This document shows positions 9,426-19,463 of a stretch of DNA of 64,000 nt, one piece after another. Numbering within the stretch: the first letter of the stretch is position 1; the number at the start of each line of letters is the position of its first letter. The notes beneath the pieces were generated by a model. It worked only from the letters and a program-made list of their open reading frames with translations, had not been told where the DNA came from and ran no database searches. Both the position numbers and the translations under genes were made by a program. This stretch comes from Thermoplasmatota archaeon (lineage in GTDB: Archaea > Thermoplasmatota > Penumbrarchaeia > Penumbrarchaeales > Penumbrarchaeaceae), in the NCBI GenBank assembly GCA_029762535.1, contig JARVGK010000007.1:32001-96000 (forward strand). The letters are read 5' to 3'.

Positions 9426-11240
9426 ATGGCGAAGATAGGAATAACCGAACTTGTTTTGAGAGATGCTCACCAGTCACTTTTCGCGACCAGGATGAGGACC
9501 GAGGACATGCTTCCCATATTGAAGAAGATGGACCAGGTGGGATACTGGGCAGTTGAGATGTGGGGAGGTGCGACCTTTGACGTCCCCATCAGGTATCTCA
9601 ACCAGGATCCCTGGGACAGGCTGAGGGAGATCAAGAAGGCGATGCCCAATACCAACCTCATGATGCTTCTGAGGGCCCAGAACGTGGTGGCCTACAGGAA
9701 CTTCCCCGATGACATCGTCGAGAACTTCGTAAGGCTCGCCCAAAAGAACGGGATCGACGTGTTCAGGATCTTCGATGCCCTCAACGACCTCAGGAACATG
9801 GAGGTCCCCATCAAGTCCGTCAAAGGTACCGGCGCGCACTGCCAGGCATCGGTCTCGTACACTATCTCCCCCATTCACACGGAAGAATACTTCGTCAAGA
9901 AGATGCTCAAGCTCGAGGAGTGGGGCGCCGATTCCATCTGCATAAAGGACATGGCGGGAATGATCTCGCCCAAGAGGGCGTACGACATCATCGGCGGGTA
10001 CATCGAGGCCGGGGGGAAGTGCCCCATCGACCTCCACGCCCACTCCATATCCGGAATGACCGGCATGGCCTATCAGAGAGCTGCGGAGGCGGGGGTCAGC
10101 GTCGTGGACTGCGACATCTCCCCCTTCGCGGAGGGGACCGGGCACCCAGCGACAGAATCCACTGTATATGCCTTCAAGGGCACCGAGTGGGACACAGGGC
10201 TCGACATGGAGCTCCTCATGGAGATCAGGGAATACTTCAGGACAGTGTTCAACAAGTACAGGCATCTGATCCGGATCGAGGCTCTCAGGCCCGATCCGTC
10301 CATTGTATTGCATCAGATCCCGGGAGGGATGATGTCGAACTTGGTCTCCCAGCTCGAGATGCAGGGGGCAAAGGACAAGCTGGACGCCGTTCTCAAGGAG
10401 GTACCAGTGGTCCGGGAGGAGCTCGGGTTCCCACCGCTGGTCACGCCCACGTCTCAGGTGGTCGGTGTCCAGGCGGTCATGAACGTGCTCTTCGGCAGGT
10501 ACAAGAACATCCCCAGGGAGACGAAGGATTACGTGATGGGGATGTACGGGCAGTCCCCGGGCCCAATAAGAGATGAGATAAAGGAGATCGTGCTAGGTCC
10601 CGAATGGAAGAGCATGATCATCACAGGCAGGCCCGCGGACTCCCTCGAGCCCGAGTTCGAGAAGAGGAAGAAGGAGCTCGAGGAGATGGGCCTTTTGAAG
10701 CAGGAGGAGGACATACTCACATACGCGATCTACCCCCAGATCGGGCTCAAGTTCCTCAAGGGGGAGGCCTCTCCCGAGTTCACTTCTGAAAAACTACCCC
10801 TGCCTCTGGACCACCCACAGACCCGCGCCATGGTGAAGTCGTTCTTCCCAGAGGTAAAGGACATATACCTTTACGAAGAGGAGCCAAAGGGCGGCGGTCC
10901 GGTATCGATACCCACGGAGTTCGATGTCGAGGTCGACGGAGAGATGTTCGAGGTCAAGGTCAGCCCCAAGGGAGGGTTCATGGTCGCCGGAGGGGAAGGC
11001 GGTGCCCCGGCCCCCCCGAAGGACGTCGAGGGCGGTTTCAAGAGCCCGATGCAGGGGAACGTTCTATCGATCAAGGTCAAGGAAGGAGATGCGGTCACCG
11101 AAGGACAGGTTATCATGACGGTCGAGGCCATGAAGATGGAGACCGAGGTCAAGATCGACCGCGCCGGGACCGTCAAACAGATCTTCGTCCAGTCCGGGGC
11201 GACCGTGGCGACCGGCGATCTCCTGATTCAGGTGCTTTGA
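9426..11240 (+). CDS. pycB: Pyruvate carboxylase subunit B (carboxyltransferase + biotin carrier; OadA-like)
   Basis: LRDAHQSLFATRM, WGGATFD, IKDMAG, HQIPGGM, PPLVTPTSQ, biotinylation motif EAMKME. Confidence 0.9.
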   Translation: MAKIGITELVLRDAHQSLFATRMRTEDMLPILKKMDQVGYWAVEMWGGATFDVPIRYLNQDPWDRLREIKKAMPNTNLMMLLRAQNVVAYRNFPDDIVENFVRLAQKNGIDVFRIFDALNDLRNMEVPIKSVKGTGAHCQASVSYTISPIHTEEYFVKKMLKLEEWGADSICIKDMAGMISPKRAYDIIGGYIEAGGKCPIDLHAHSISGMTGMAYQRAAEAGVSVVDCDISPFAEGTGHPATESTVYAFKGTEWDTGLDMELLMEIREYFRTVFNKYRHLIRIEALRPDPSIVLHQIPGGMMSNLVSQLEMQGAKDKLDAVLKEVPVVREELGFPPLVTPTSQVVGVQAVMNVLFGRYKNIPRETKDYVMGMYGQSPGPIRDEIKEIVLGPEWKSMIITGRPADSLEPEFEKRKKELEEMGLLKQEEDILTYAIYPQIGLKFLKGEASPEFTSEKLPLPLDHPQTRAMVKSFFPEVKDIYLYEEEPKGGGPVSIPTEFDVEVDGEMFEVKVSPKGGFMVAGGEGGAPAPPKDVEGGFKSPMQGNVLSIKVKEGDAVTEGQVIMTVEAMKMETEVKIDRAGTVKQIFVQSGATVATGDLLIQVL

Positions 11241-11250
11241 GGTGATGGGA

Positions 11251-12726
11251 ATGGCTAGGGAAGGCCTGATAAACAAGGTAATGGTCGCGAACCGGGGCGA
11301 GATCGCCCTCAGGGTGATGAGGGCCTGCAAGGAGCTTGGCATATCCACCGTCGCCGTTTACAGCGATGCGGACAAGAACGCCCTCTTCGTCAGGTATGCG
11401 GACGAATCCTACAACATCGGCCCGGGACCCGCCAGGATGAGCTATCTCGATCAGGATAAGCTCATAGATGTGGCATTGAAAGCGAACGTCGAGGGCATAC
11501 ACCCCGGTTACGGCTTCCTGGCGGAGAACACACAATTCTGCAGGAAATGTCATAAGAACGGGATAGAGTTCATAGGGCCCCCTCCGGAGGCGATGGAGCT
11601 CATGGGATCGAAGATAGATTCCAAGAGGTCCATGATCGCGGCCGGTGTCAGCGTCGTCCCCGGCGTCACAGAGGCGATCCCGGACCACGAGAGGGCAAAG
11701 GACATCGCCCATGAGATCGGATACCCGATAATGCTCAAGGCCTCCGCCGGCGGCGGAGGGATCGGGATCAGAATGGTCCCTGACGAGATCGAAATGGAGA
11801 AGGCGTTAGATTCGATAAAGGTCCTGGCCAAGAACTCCTTCGGGGACGACTCGGTTTTCATCGAGAAGTACATCTCCGATCCCAGGCACATAGAATACCA
11901 GGTCCTGGGGGACAAGAACGGACACATGATACACCTGTACGAGAGGGAGTGCTCGGTCCAGAGGAGGCATCAGAAGCTCATCGAAGAGACGCCCTCCATG
12001 GCCTTGACCCCTGAGCTGAGGGAGGAGATCGGCGAGCAGGCGGTGCTGGCGGCCAAGACCGCTGGTTATCACAACGCTGGGACCTGCGAGTTCATGTTCA
12101 AGGACGACCAGTACTTCTTCCTCGAGATGAACACGAGGCTGCAGGTGGAGCATCCGATAACCGAGCAGGTCACCAGGACCGACCTCGCCCGTGAGATGCT
12201 ATATGTCGCATCTGGCCTGGACCTTAGCTATGCCCAGGAGGATATTAAGCAGATAGGTCATTGCATCGAGTTCAGGATCAATGCAGAGGACCCCCTCAAC
12301 CAGTTCGCCCCCTGCCCCGGGAAGATCACCAGGTACGCGGAGCCGAGCGGGATCGGGGTCCGGGTGGATTCCGGGGTCTATCAGGGTTTCACGATACCGC
12401 CGTTCTACGACTCGATGGTGGCGAAGCTTATCGTCTGGGGAGAGGATCGGAACTACTGCATCGAGAGGTCAAAGAGGGCACTGTTCGAGATGCAGGTGGG
12501 CGGCGTCAGAACGAACATCCCCTTCCATGAGGTCGTTCTCGAGCACCCTGCCTTCGTATCCGGAGATTACAACACCTCCTTCATCCCCAGGTACAACATC
12601 ATGGAGCAGGTGGTGGAATACTACAAGCTAAAGAAGATGGGGCAGGGCAACGCGCAGAAGGCGGCCGCTATGGCCGCTGTAGAGGCTGTCATTGTCGCGG
12701 CCGCGCAGTCGAACGTATCGAAATGA
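11251..12726 (+). CDS. pycA: Pyruvate carboxylase subunit A (biotin carboxylase)
   Basis: ANRGEIA, HPGYGFLAEN, RECSVQRRHQK, EMNTRLQVEHP, YDSMVAKLI; directly follows pycB. Confidence 0.9.
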   Translation: MAREGLINKVMVANRGEIALRVMRACKELGISTVAVYSDADKNALFVRYADESYNIGPGPARMSYLDQDKLIDVALKANVEGIHPGYGFLAENTQFCRKCHKNGIEFIGPPPEAMELMGSKIDSKRSMIAAGVSVVPGVTEAIPDHERAKDIAHEIGYPIMLKASAGGGGIGIRMVPDEIEMEKALDSIKVLAKNSFGDDSVFIEKYISDPRHIEYQVLGDKNGHMIHLYERECSVQRRHQKLIEETPSMALTPELREEIGEQAVLAAKTAGYHNAGTCEFMFKDDQYFFLEMNTRLQVEHPITEQVTRTDLAREMLYVASGLDLSYAQEDIKQIGHCIEFRINAEDPLNQFAPCPGKITRYAEPSGIGVRVDSGVYQGFTIPPFYDSMVAKLIVWGEDRNYCIERSKRALFEMQVGGVRTNIPFHEVVLEHPAFVSGDYNTSFIPRYNIMEQVVEYYKLKKMGQGNAQKAAAMAAVEAVIVAAAQSNVSK

Positions 12727-12732
12727 TCGAGC

Positions 12733-13248
12733 TCATCTTCTTAGGATATAGGCCAGCGATGCCAGGGCAGCGAGGACAGCTATAGCCAATATCGTTACGG
12801 AACCGCATACGCTTCCTGCATCGATGTCCTGGTCATCCATGATCGTTTCAAGGAGGTCCATCTCCACTTGGACATTGACCGTTTCCTCTTCATCCTCGTT
12901 CAGGACCAGCACGTATCTCATTTCGGTCGCGTCATCTCCATAATCATACTTCACGGTCTTTGAGGTCACTCCCTCGAACTTCTGTTCGTATGAGGAGAAG
13001 TCCCCGCTCATTCCGGCGGTCATGAACTGGGTCTGTGTCATAATGTATATGGTCACGGGTCCGTCGCTTGAAAAAATCAGGTTATAGCTTCCTTTCGAGG
13101 TCATCGGGATCGGCATCCCATCGTAGTCTCCAGGCCCCAGATCGAAATCGCCGGTGGGATTTACGGCAAGGACCATAAGCGGCCCGGCCGCCAATGCGCA
13201 TATCAGGAACATTGCCGATATTAGAAATAGATATTTTTGCATATTCAC
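12733..13248 (-). CDS. Secreted protein with a Cys-containing C-terminal membrane anchor
   Basis: N-terminal signal peptide; C-terminus SVCGS + hydrophobic helix + RR. Confidence 0.7.
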   Translation of the reverse strand: MNMQKYLFLISAMFLICALAAGPLMVLAVNPTGDFDLGPGDYDGMPIPMTSKGSYNLIFSSDGPVTIYIMTQTQFMTAGMSGDFSSYEQKFEGVTSKTVKYDYGDDATEMRYVLVLNEDEEETVNVQVEMDLLETIMDDQDIDAGSVCGSVTILAIAVLAALASLAYILRR

Positions 13249-13401
13249 ACCCCGGGGATAATATGGTCAAGTTATAATATAAATCTTTCTTGATCTCGAG
13301 GGGCAGGGGGATCCCTTCGCCCCCCATTATTATCTTGGTACATTTTTGGATGTAGCTAACCTGCGAAGGGCTTATCTCATATTCCAACGATAAGGGGATC
13401 G

Positions 13402-15012
13402 ATGTCCATATTCCTCAAGCCCGAACATCAAGGGTCGGAAGAGGAGATGATGAAGGACCCCGTCTGGAACGGGGTCCCACCTGTAGGTAAGAATCCGATC
13501 GGGAGCCGATCCCGCCTCCTGATGCTCGTCCTTGCGGTGTTCATGGTCAAGATAACGATCTGGACCGTCTATCGCTGGATGACCGGGAACGTTTACCCGC
13601 TGACCGATCCCAGGGTCGAGGACTGGGTCAGCCTCTTTGCCAAACCCCTTCTACAGCTGGGGCCGGTCTTCATATTATGGTGGGTCCTCTTCAAGGAGAA
13701 GGGATCCCCCTTCAGGCTGACCAAGGTCAATCTGTTCTCATCCCTGATATGGGGGTTGATCGGAGGCGTTCTGTTCTATATGGTCGCCTCCCTCATTTAC
13801 GTAGGGCAGATGAACTTCTTCGGCTTCGGAAGGGACTTCCATGTTGTCGCAGGATGGATGCTCAGGGACGTGGGTTGGTTCGGGGTGATCTCGCTTCTAT
13901 TCACATACATGCTCTCGACCGGCCCCGCCGAGGAGCTGTTCTCGCGGGGTTTCATACAGGACCAGACCGCCAGGGGCTTCTCGCTCTCTACATCGATCAT
14001 CATATCCGCATTCCTGTTCGCCATAGGTCATCTTCCCATATCCATAATGGTCCACAGGCTCTCCGCCACGGAGATCTTCTGGTACATGTGCGCCCTGATG
14101 CTCATGGGGATGTTCTTCTCCATCATCTATCAGATGTCCCGCAACATCGTGCTTGTGATCATCATACACGGGCTCTGGAACTGGTTCCTTACGCTCTTCG
14201 CTGTCAGGGGGGCCTACGACGCATCGTTCCTTGCGAACGCGGGGGCGAACTTCGGAAGGGCGGACCTTATCAACACATTCCTGACCATATCGATCATGCT
14301 GCCTTTCTTCTATGCGTTGTACAGGATCTTCTGGAGAAAGCTGCGCTCCGGGGACAGGCCGGGGATCGAGGAGGCGCTGAGGGACATCCCAATAGTTAGG
14401 ATGATAAGGGAGAGGGACAGGGGCGATTGGCCGAAAAGGCCCTGGATAATGACCGTCACCATCACGACCGTCTTCTGCCTTTCCATGATCCCGATCGCCG
14501 CTGTTGTGGGAACCTACGATCCCTCCCTTGCATATGATAGGGTGACCCCTGAGAGCATGGATCCCATGGAGGTCCATAATGTATCCTCCGTCTTCAGCGA
14601 GAACTTCCTTCAGGAGGGGGATATGTTCTTATTCGATCTGGAGAGGAACATCACGATATACATGGTCAACGTGACCCTCAAGTGGACCGACGAGCCTCCC
14701 GCGGGTCCAAGATATACCAATCTGGCGGATCATTTCAGGGTGGCCATTCTAGGTTCGGCCAGCGGAGAGCTGGATTCGGCCTCGGGATCGAGCGGGTTCA
14801 TAGAGCTTCACTGGTCCACGGACCCTGAGATGGCCCTGGACGATATCACTGTCTCTGTGGAAATGATCGAAGCGGGCGATCAGGAGCCGATGGTCTCCCT
14901 CATCGGCCTGCGTACGGTAAGTGACGACGGCAACTCGTTCCGGTTGGACGTATCATATCACACCGTCACATACCTACCAAGGACCGAAGAGAGCGGTGAC
15001 GTGAGATGGTAA
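13402..15012 (+). CDS. CPBP (Abi/CAAX type II) intramembrane glutamic protease with C-terminal extracellular domain
   Basis: EELFSRG, FAIGH, HGLWN motifs in a multi-TM protein; soluble beta-rich C-terminal domain. Confidence 0.85.
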   Translation: MSIFLKPEHQGSEEEMMKDPVWNGVPPVGKNPIGSRSRLLMLVLAVFMVKITIWTVYRWMTGNVYPLTDPRVEDWVSLFAKPLLQLGPVFILWWVLFKEKGSPFRLTKVNLFSSLIWGLIGGVLFYMVASLIYVGQMNFFGFGRDFHVVAGWMLRDVGWFGVISLLFTYMLSTGPAEELFSRGFIQDQTARGFSLSTSIIISAFLFAIGHLPISIMVHRLSATEIFWYMCALMLMGMFFSIIYQMSRNIVLVIIIHGLWNWFLTLFAVRGAYDASFLANAGANFGRADLINTFLTISIMLPFFYALYRIFWRKLRSGDRPGIEEALRDIPIVRMIRERDRGDWPKRPWIMTVTITTVFCLSMIPIAAVVGTYDPSLAYDRVTPESMDPMEVHNVSSVFSENFLQEGDMFLFDLERNITIYMVNVTLKWTDEPPAGPRYTNLADHFRVAILGSASGELDSASGSSGFIELHWSTDPEMALDDITVSVEMIEAGDQEPMVSLIGLRTVSDDGNSFRLDVSYHTVTYLPRTEESGDVRW

Positions 15013-15052
15013 AATAAAAAAGAACGGGGCCCCGGACCAACCGGAGACCCCC
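15011..15052 (-). terminator. Hairpin + T-tract terminator for the 15089-16615 gene
   Basis: Minus strand GGGGTCTCCGG-ttggt-CCGGGGCCCC followed by GTTCTTTTTTATTTT. Confidence 0.6.
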
Positions 15053-15088
15053 ATCGCCATGCTGAAGATGTTCCTCTTCTATCGGAAC

Positions 15089-16615
15089 TCAACGATCCTT
15101 GTCTATGTAGTACGTCTCGTAGAAATCGGCGTCGTGTGCATCCTTCTTGCCGATGCTCTCCCTGCGCCTCATCGCCATAAGCCCTCCTATGGACACGACC
15201 GCCACGACGACCACCAGAGCTACAGCGATGAAGAACACAATGCCAAGGACCATGACCCTGACGAAAGGCCTGTCCTGGTCCTGTTCATCAAGGGAGAGAA
15301 CTCCCACTTCATAACCGGGGTCGTGGTATATGCTGGACCCGCCGGGGTAGGAAAACCCACCTACAACGCCGAAACCGGCGTAAAGAGCGCCGTTAGCGTT
15401 GATCCCCGCGAAAGCCCTTGCGAAATAGACCTGGAAGTGCATATCCGTCTCGTTCCCATCCACCGTGACGTTGGAGACCCAGGTCAGACCGCCTATCCTG
15501 TCCCAGTTGTCCCGTATCCCAAGATGGTTCTTCTGGATGATACGGGGCCGCTCGATGCCCTGGTTCAGGACGGGATCATCGCCTGTTATGCGCTTGATGT
15601 TCTTCGGTCCAAGGTTCTCGTATCCTGCGTTGGTGATGTATGAGGCGGACCCGTCCGCCTCCCCGAATCGCTCCCAGTACTGGTTCCTGAGATGCTCGGT
15701 GGCCTTTGGCGATATCGCGGTCAAAAAGAGTATCTCCGTCGAGAGCATCAAAGATCGATTGATATTCCTGCTGTGGAAATCCCATCCCTCGATGTAGTGG
15801 TCGTACTTCACATCGGCCGAGACCCTGCTCCCGCTGTAGGTTCGGTTGCCTTCTTCGGAGACGTCGCCCATGGACCAGTCCCCATTGCTCCTGCTGACCT
15901 CCACGCGATATACCGGTACATCATCGACGGCAACGTTGTTCCTCTGCGCGTATAGATGGAAGGTCAGCTCCACCTTCTCGAGCTTGTTCTGCCTGTCAAC
16001 GGGGAGGCCCATAAGCGGCCCCTTGTAACCAAGGTCCTGCGCGGTGAGGGTCACTTCCCATTCCACGGAACCGTTCCCATTATCGGTCTTCTTCGTGTTC
16101 GAAGGGGTCCATCCAGTCCTCAGGGGCACCTTCTTGAATACCGGTTCAATGGTGTTTATATCGGAATCGTTCCCCTGATGACCCGAGGACCTTCTCGAGT
16201 CCCAGATCCCGTCCCCGTCCCTGTCATCGAACTCGTATATCGTATCGAATCGCTGGGCATAGAGGGTCTTCACCGGGATCGGCTTTCCAGATCGCAGCAG
16301 GTCCCCGTCCTCGTCATATATATCGGCGACCCCCAGGTACCTGGTGAAGATCGATATAACGTACACGTGGTTGGGGTTCTCCTCCGTTCCATAGAGAAGG
16401 CCTATCATGGCGTCGTTGTCCTCGTTGTGTATTCCGATGAAGTCCCCGCCGCCAAGGACGTTCTCGATCCTCTTCTCCGTCACTTTCAGCTCCGGGAACT
16501 CGGTCCCGGCCTCCGCCTCGGGTGCGCCTGATGCGAAGCTCATACCTCCTGTGAGGATTAGGATCGCGAGGGACACCGCGAGCGCCATTGTCGTTCCTGC
16601 TTTCATTTTCTTCAC
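15089..16615 (-). CDS. Membrane-anchored secreted protein of unknown function
   Basis: 508-aa ORF; signal peptide, beta-rich body, C-terminal TM + RRR; GAGGTGA RBS. Confidence 0.75.
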   Translation of the reverse strand: MKKMKAGTTMALAVSLAILILTGGMSFASGAPEAEAGTEFPELKVTEKRIENVLGGGDFIGIHNEDNDAMIGLLYGTEENPNHVYVISIFTRYLGVADIYDEDGDLLRSGKPIPVKTLYAQRFDTIYEFDDRDGDGIWDSRRSSGHQGNDSDINTIEPVFKKVPLRTGWTPSNTKKTDNGNGSVEWEVTLTAQDLGYKGPLMGLPVDRQNKLEKVELTFHLYAQRNNVAVDDVPVYRVEVSRSNGDWSMGDVSEEGNRTYSGSRVSADVKYDHYIEGWDFHSRNINRSLMLSTEILFLTAISPKATEHLRNQYWERFGEADGSASYITNAGYENLGPKNIKRITGDDPVLNQGIERPRIIQKNHLGIRDNWDRIGGLTWVSNVTVDGNETDMHFQVYFARAFAGINANGALYAGFGVVGGFSYPGGSSIYHDPGYEVGVLSLDEQDQDRPFVRVMVLGIVFFIAVALVVVVAVVSIGGLMAMRRRESIGKKDAHDADFYETYYIDKDR

Positions 16616-16772
16616 CTCGAGGGCCCCTCTACGGGCCCATGACAGCCATATTCGCTTTTTTTAGGCATATAAGCAGCGCGTAATTGTCCCTACTTGTATC
16701 ATGTAGTGCTCGCGTAAGACCGAATGAAAGTGGGATGACAACTATTGAATAACACCGGATCGATGATGTATC

Positions 16773-19349
16773 ATGGAGGACCTGCCCAAGCTCACGATCG
16801 AGGAGAGGATCCTTCTTGTGCTCGCCGATAACCTTCGATACGACGAGGCCTTCGAGGTGCCTTCCAGCATGACCCAGGAAGGGCTATCGGAACTGATAGG
16901 AGCGAACAGGCCCAACACATCCAGATCGCTGGGATCATTGTTGAAGAAGAGGATGGTCAGAGAGAGGCTGGCCCATGTCAAGGGCCACAGGCGCAGGAAG
17001 AAGGCCTACATGGCCATGGGCGAGGGGATCGATGAGGGGCATAGGGTTAGAGAGAACGTGTCCCGACTGAGTATCGGCGGGACCCCGGTATCTGAGATCG
17101 CTGAACGGACGGGAAGGAACGTTTCCGAAACGTTCCTATACCTCTCGAAAGGCGGGGGCCAGGGGCCTGATCCCGTTGGAACCTTTCCACGAAAGGACAG
17201 GGGATTCTTCGGTCGAAGAGAAGAGGCGATCTCCATCCAGAGATGGGCGAAGGACCCTGATAGCAACGTTCTCGTAATTTGGGGCTTGGCGGGCATCGGC
17301 AAGACCGCCTTGGTCAAAAAGGCGCTGTCCCGGCTAAGATTCGATATCGTATCGGTCCCGGTCGCGTCCACAGCCGAAGGGATACTGCATCAGATAGAGA
17401 TCGCCCTGTCGACCGATCTTCCCAGAAAGAGAGGACCTGCAGAAATTGCCGAAAGGATCTTAAAAGCGATCTCGGGAAAGGAGATACTTGTCCTCGATGA
17501 CCTTCAAAATTCCGATGCCGCTTTCCTGAGAGTGATGTCCCATGTGGCGGTCAGCCCGTATAAGTTCAAGATGGTCATGATCACCAGGACCAAGGGCTCC
17601 TTCTACACCCCGAAACACGTCCTGGAAGGCAGGATCGCTGAGATGGAGATCCAGGGCTTGAAAAAGGATGATGCACTTGATCTGCTCCGCTCCAGGGGCT
17701 TGGACCCCGAGGTCTCGAAGGATATGTTCGAAAGGTTCGGAGGGCATCCTCTCGCTCTGATGCTCGTATCGGAGAATGAGGGACTCAAGGCCTATTCCGA
17801 CATATCAGATATGATAGAAAAGGAGGTGATCTCCTCCCTCTCTGAGGAGGAGCTTTCGCTTTTGAGGGCGATATGCGTTCACCGATCCCCTCTTAACGAC
17901 ATCATGGGGCTCATAAGGGCAGGGGACCTTTCCCCATCCGCTCTCAGGACACTGTTGGAAAATGGCCTGCTGGAGACCCAGGGAGAAACGGTCAGCGTCC
18001 ATTCCCTTATCAAGAACGTCGTGGGCGAGGGAATGGGACCGGACCATTGGAAACGCTTCAACTCGATCGCCTCGGACCTATACCTTCGAAGCATCGATAG
18101 ATACCCCTCTTACATAGAAGCGATGTACCACCTGAGCCAGTCGGATAGAAAATCCGAATTCGTGGAATTGTTGAGGGATCGGGGTTCCAGGGCTCTGGAC
18201 GCGGGTTTCCTGGAGCTCTTATTGGTCCTGGATGATGTCAACCCCGCCTCCTTCGATGATACAGGGAGGGGATACATACACGCTTTGAAGGGAGAGGGTT
18301 TGGGCCTTCTCGGGGACCTCGAAAAGGCCAGGCATGAAATGGAGCTTGCCATATCCGCCGGTTCCAAGGACCCTTCCCTTGAAGCGTTCATACTTGAGAG
18401 GTTGGGAAACACACTCAGGATGTCCGGTGATGAGAGAGGGGCTATCGGTTACCTCGAGCGGGCGGAGAGGGCCCTCTTCCGGATGGCAGAAAAGAGTTCG
18501 ATGGACATATCAAGACATATCTCGGCGCTCAACGGCCTGGGTCTATCATATCGGGCCGTGGGTGAGAAAAGATCGGGCATCGATATTTTTCGCCGCTCGA
18601 TAGAGATCGCCTCGGCATGCGATCCTTTCGGTTCCAAACCCGCACTCTACCTGAACCTCGGCAGGTCCCTGATGGAGGACGGTGAGAGGTCCAAGGCCTT
18701 GATCGAGCTTGAAAAAGGTTTGGGATCCGCCCGGGATCTGGGGGACGAACATACCGCTTCCCTCATACTGGGAACCATGGGAGAGATAGAGGCGGCACAG
18801 GGGAGGCAGCAGGAGGCGATGGAGCTCTTCCAGAAGGCGCTGTCCACAACGCCAGACCCGTTCGAACTCGAGGACATGGCATCATCTTATCTCAGCCGGT
18901 CCGCCAAGGAGAAGGACGGAATGGACATGCTGAAGAGGATCGGTTCTCTCCTGAGCGTTAGGCGTTCCTCAGAGGATGCCGACCTGTCGCGTTTGTATTC
19001 CATGATCTGCAGGGTCGGCGGGGAGAGGGGGATCGCGATCCCCTCGGGCATACATGAAAAGGCCTACGATATGTTCATTGACAGAGGTATGCGTCCAGAG
19101 GCATACAAAGCCCTGAACAATCTTGGGGTCACCCTTTCAAGGTCCGGCGAACATGCCAGGGCCGTGGATACGTTGATGATGACGCTGGAGCTTGCACAGG
19201 AGGCGCGATCGAGGATAATGACCCTTTACAACCTCTCCAGGGCCCTGAAAAGGCTTAACAGGAACGCAGAGGCATCGTCCAGGATGCTCGAAGCCAAGAG
19301 GCTCGCGGAACAGGCCAGGCAGACGGACCTTATGGAATTGTTAGAATGA
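16773..19349 (+). CDS. wHTH-STAND NTPase-TPR protein (MalT/NB-ARC-like regulator)
   Basis: N-terminal HTH (TQEGLSELIG...NTSRSL), FFGRREE, Walker A GLAGIGKT, Walker B LVLDD, GGHPLAL, multiple TPR-like repeats. Confidence 0.8.
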   Translation: MEDLPKLTIEERILLVLADNLRYDEAFEVPSSMTQEGLSELIGANRPNTSRSLGSLLKKRMVRERLAHVKGHRRRKKAYMAMGEGIDEGHRVRENVSRLSIGGTPVSEIAERTGRNVSETFLYLSKGGGQGPDPVGTFPRKDRGFFGRREEAISIQRWAKDPDSNVLVIWGLAGIGKTALVKKALSRLRFDIVSVPVASTAEGILHQIEIALSTDLPRKRGPAEIAERILKAISGKEILVLDDLQNSDAAFLRVMSHVAVSPYKFKMVMITRTKGSFYTPKHVLEGRIAEMEIQGLKKDDALDLLRSRGLDPEVSKDMFERFGGHPLALMLVSENEGLKAYSDISDMIEKEVISSLSEEELSLLRAICVHRSPLNDIMGLIRAGDLSPSALRTLLENGLLETQGETVSVHSLIKNVVGEGMGPDHWKRFNSIASDLYLRSIDRYPSYIEAMYHLSQSDRKSEFVELLRDRGSRALDAGFLELLLVLDDVNPASFDDTGRGYIHALKGEGLGLLGDLEKARHEMELAISAGSKDPSLEAFILERLGNTLRMSGDERGAIGYLERAERALFRMAEKSSMDISRHISALNGLGLSYRAVGEKRSGIDIFRRSIEIASACDPFGSKPALYLNLGRSLMEDGERSKALIELEKGLGSARDLGDEHTASLILGTMGEIEAAQGRQQEAMELFQKALSTTPDPFELEDMASSYLSRSAKEKDGMDMLKRIGSLLSVRRSSEDADLSRLYSMICRVGGERGIAIPSGIHEKAYDMFIDRGMRPEAYKALNNLGVTLSRSGEHARAVDTLMMTLELAQEARSRIMTLYNLSRALKRLNRNAEASSRMLEAKRLAEQARQTDLMELLE

Positions 19350-19360
19350 TCGGCATAAAA

Positions 19361-19440
19361 AATATATATTCTATATATGAATATATAGCCTATATCCTCT
19401 AATATAGTTTACGTATGTAAATCATATATATACTATGCAC
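19361..19440 (+). promoter_or_regulatory. AT-rich phased TATAT array upstream of pstS (candidate Pho box)
   Basis: TATAT-like units at ~19363, 19372, 19382, 19391, 19401, 19414, 19425, 19434 in a GC-rich genome. Confidence 0.55.
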
Positions 19441-19463
19441 TTTGTCTGCCTCGGTGGTAATTA

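Noticed and set aside
9426-11240. Na+-pumping oxaloacetate decarboxylase alpha subunit
   Set aside because: The adjacent gene is a biotin carboxylase and no beta/gamma membrane subunits are nearby, favouring two-subunit pyruvate carboxylase
19361-19440. Periodic AT-rich repeats as a possible CRISPR array or leader
   Set aside because: Period is ~10 bp with no 25-45-bp repeats and spacers, and there are no cas genes in the window
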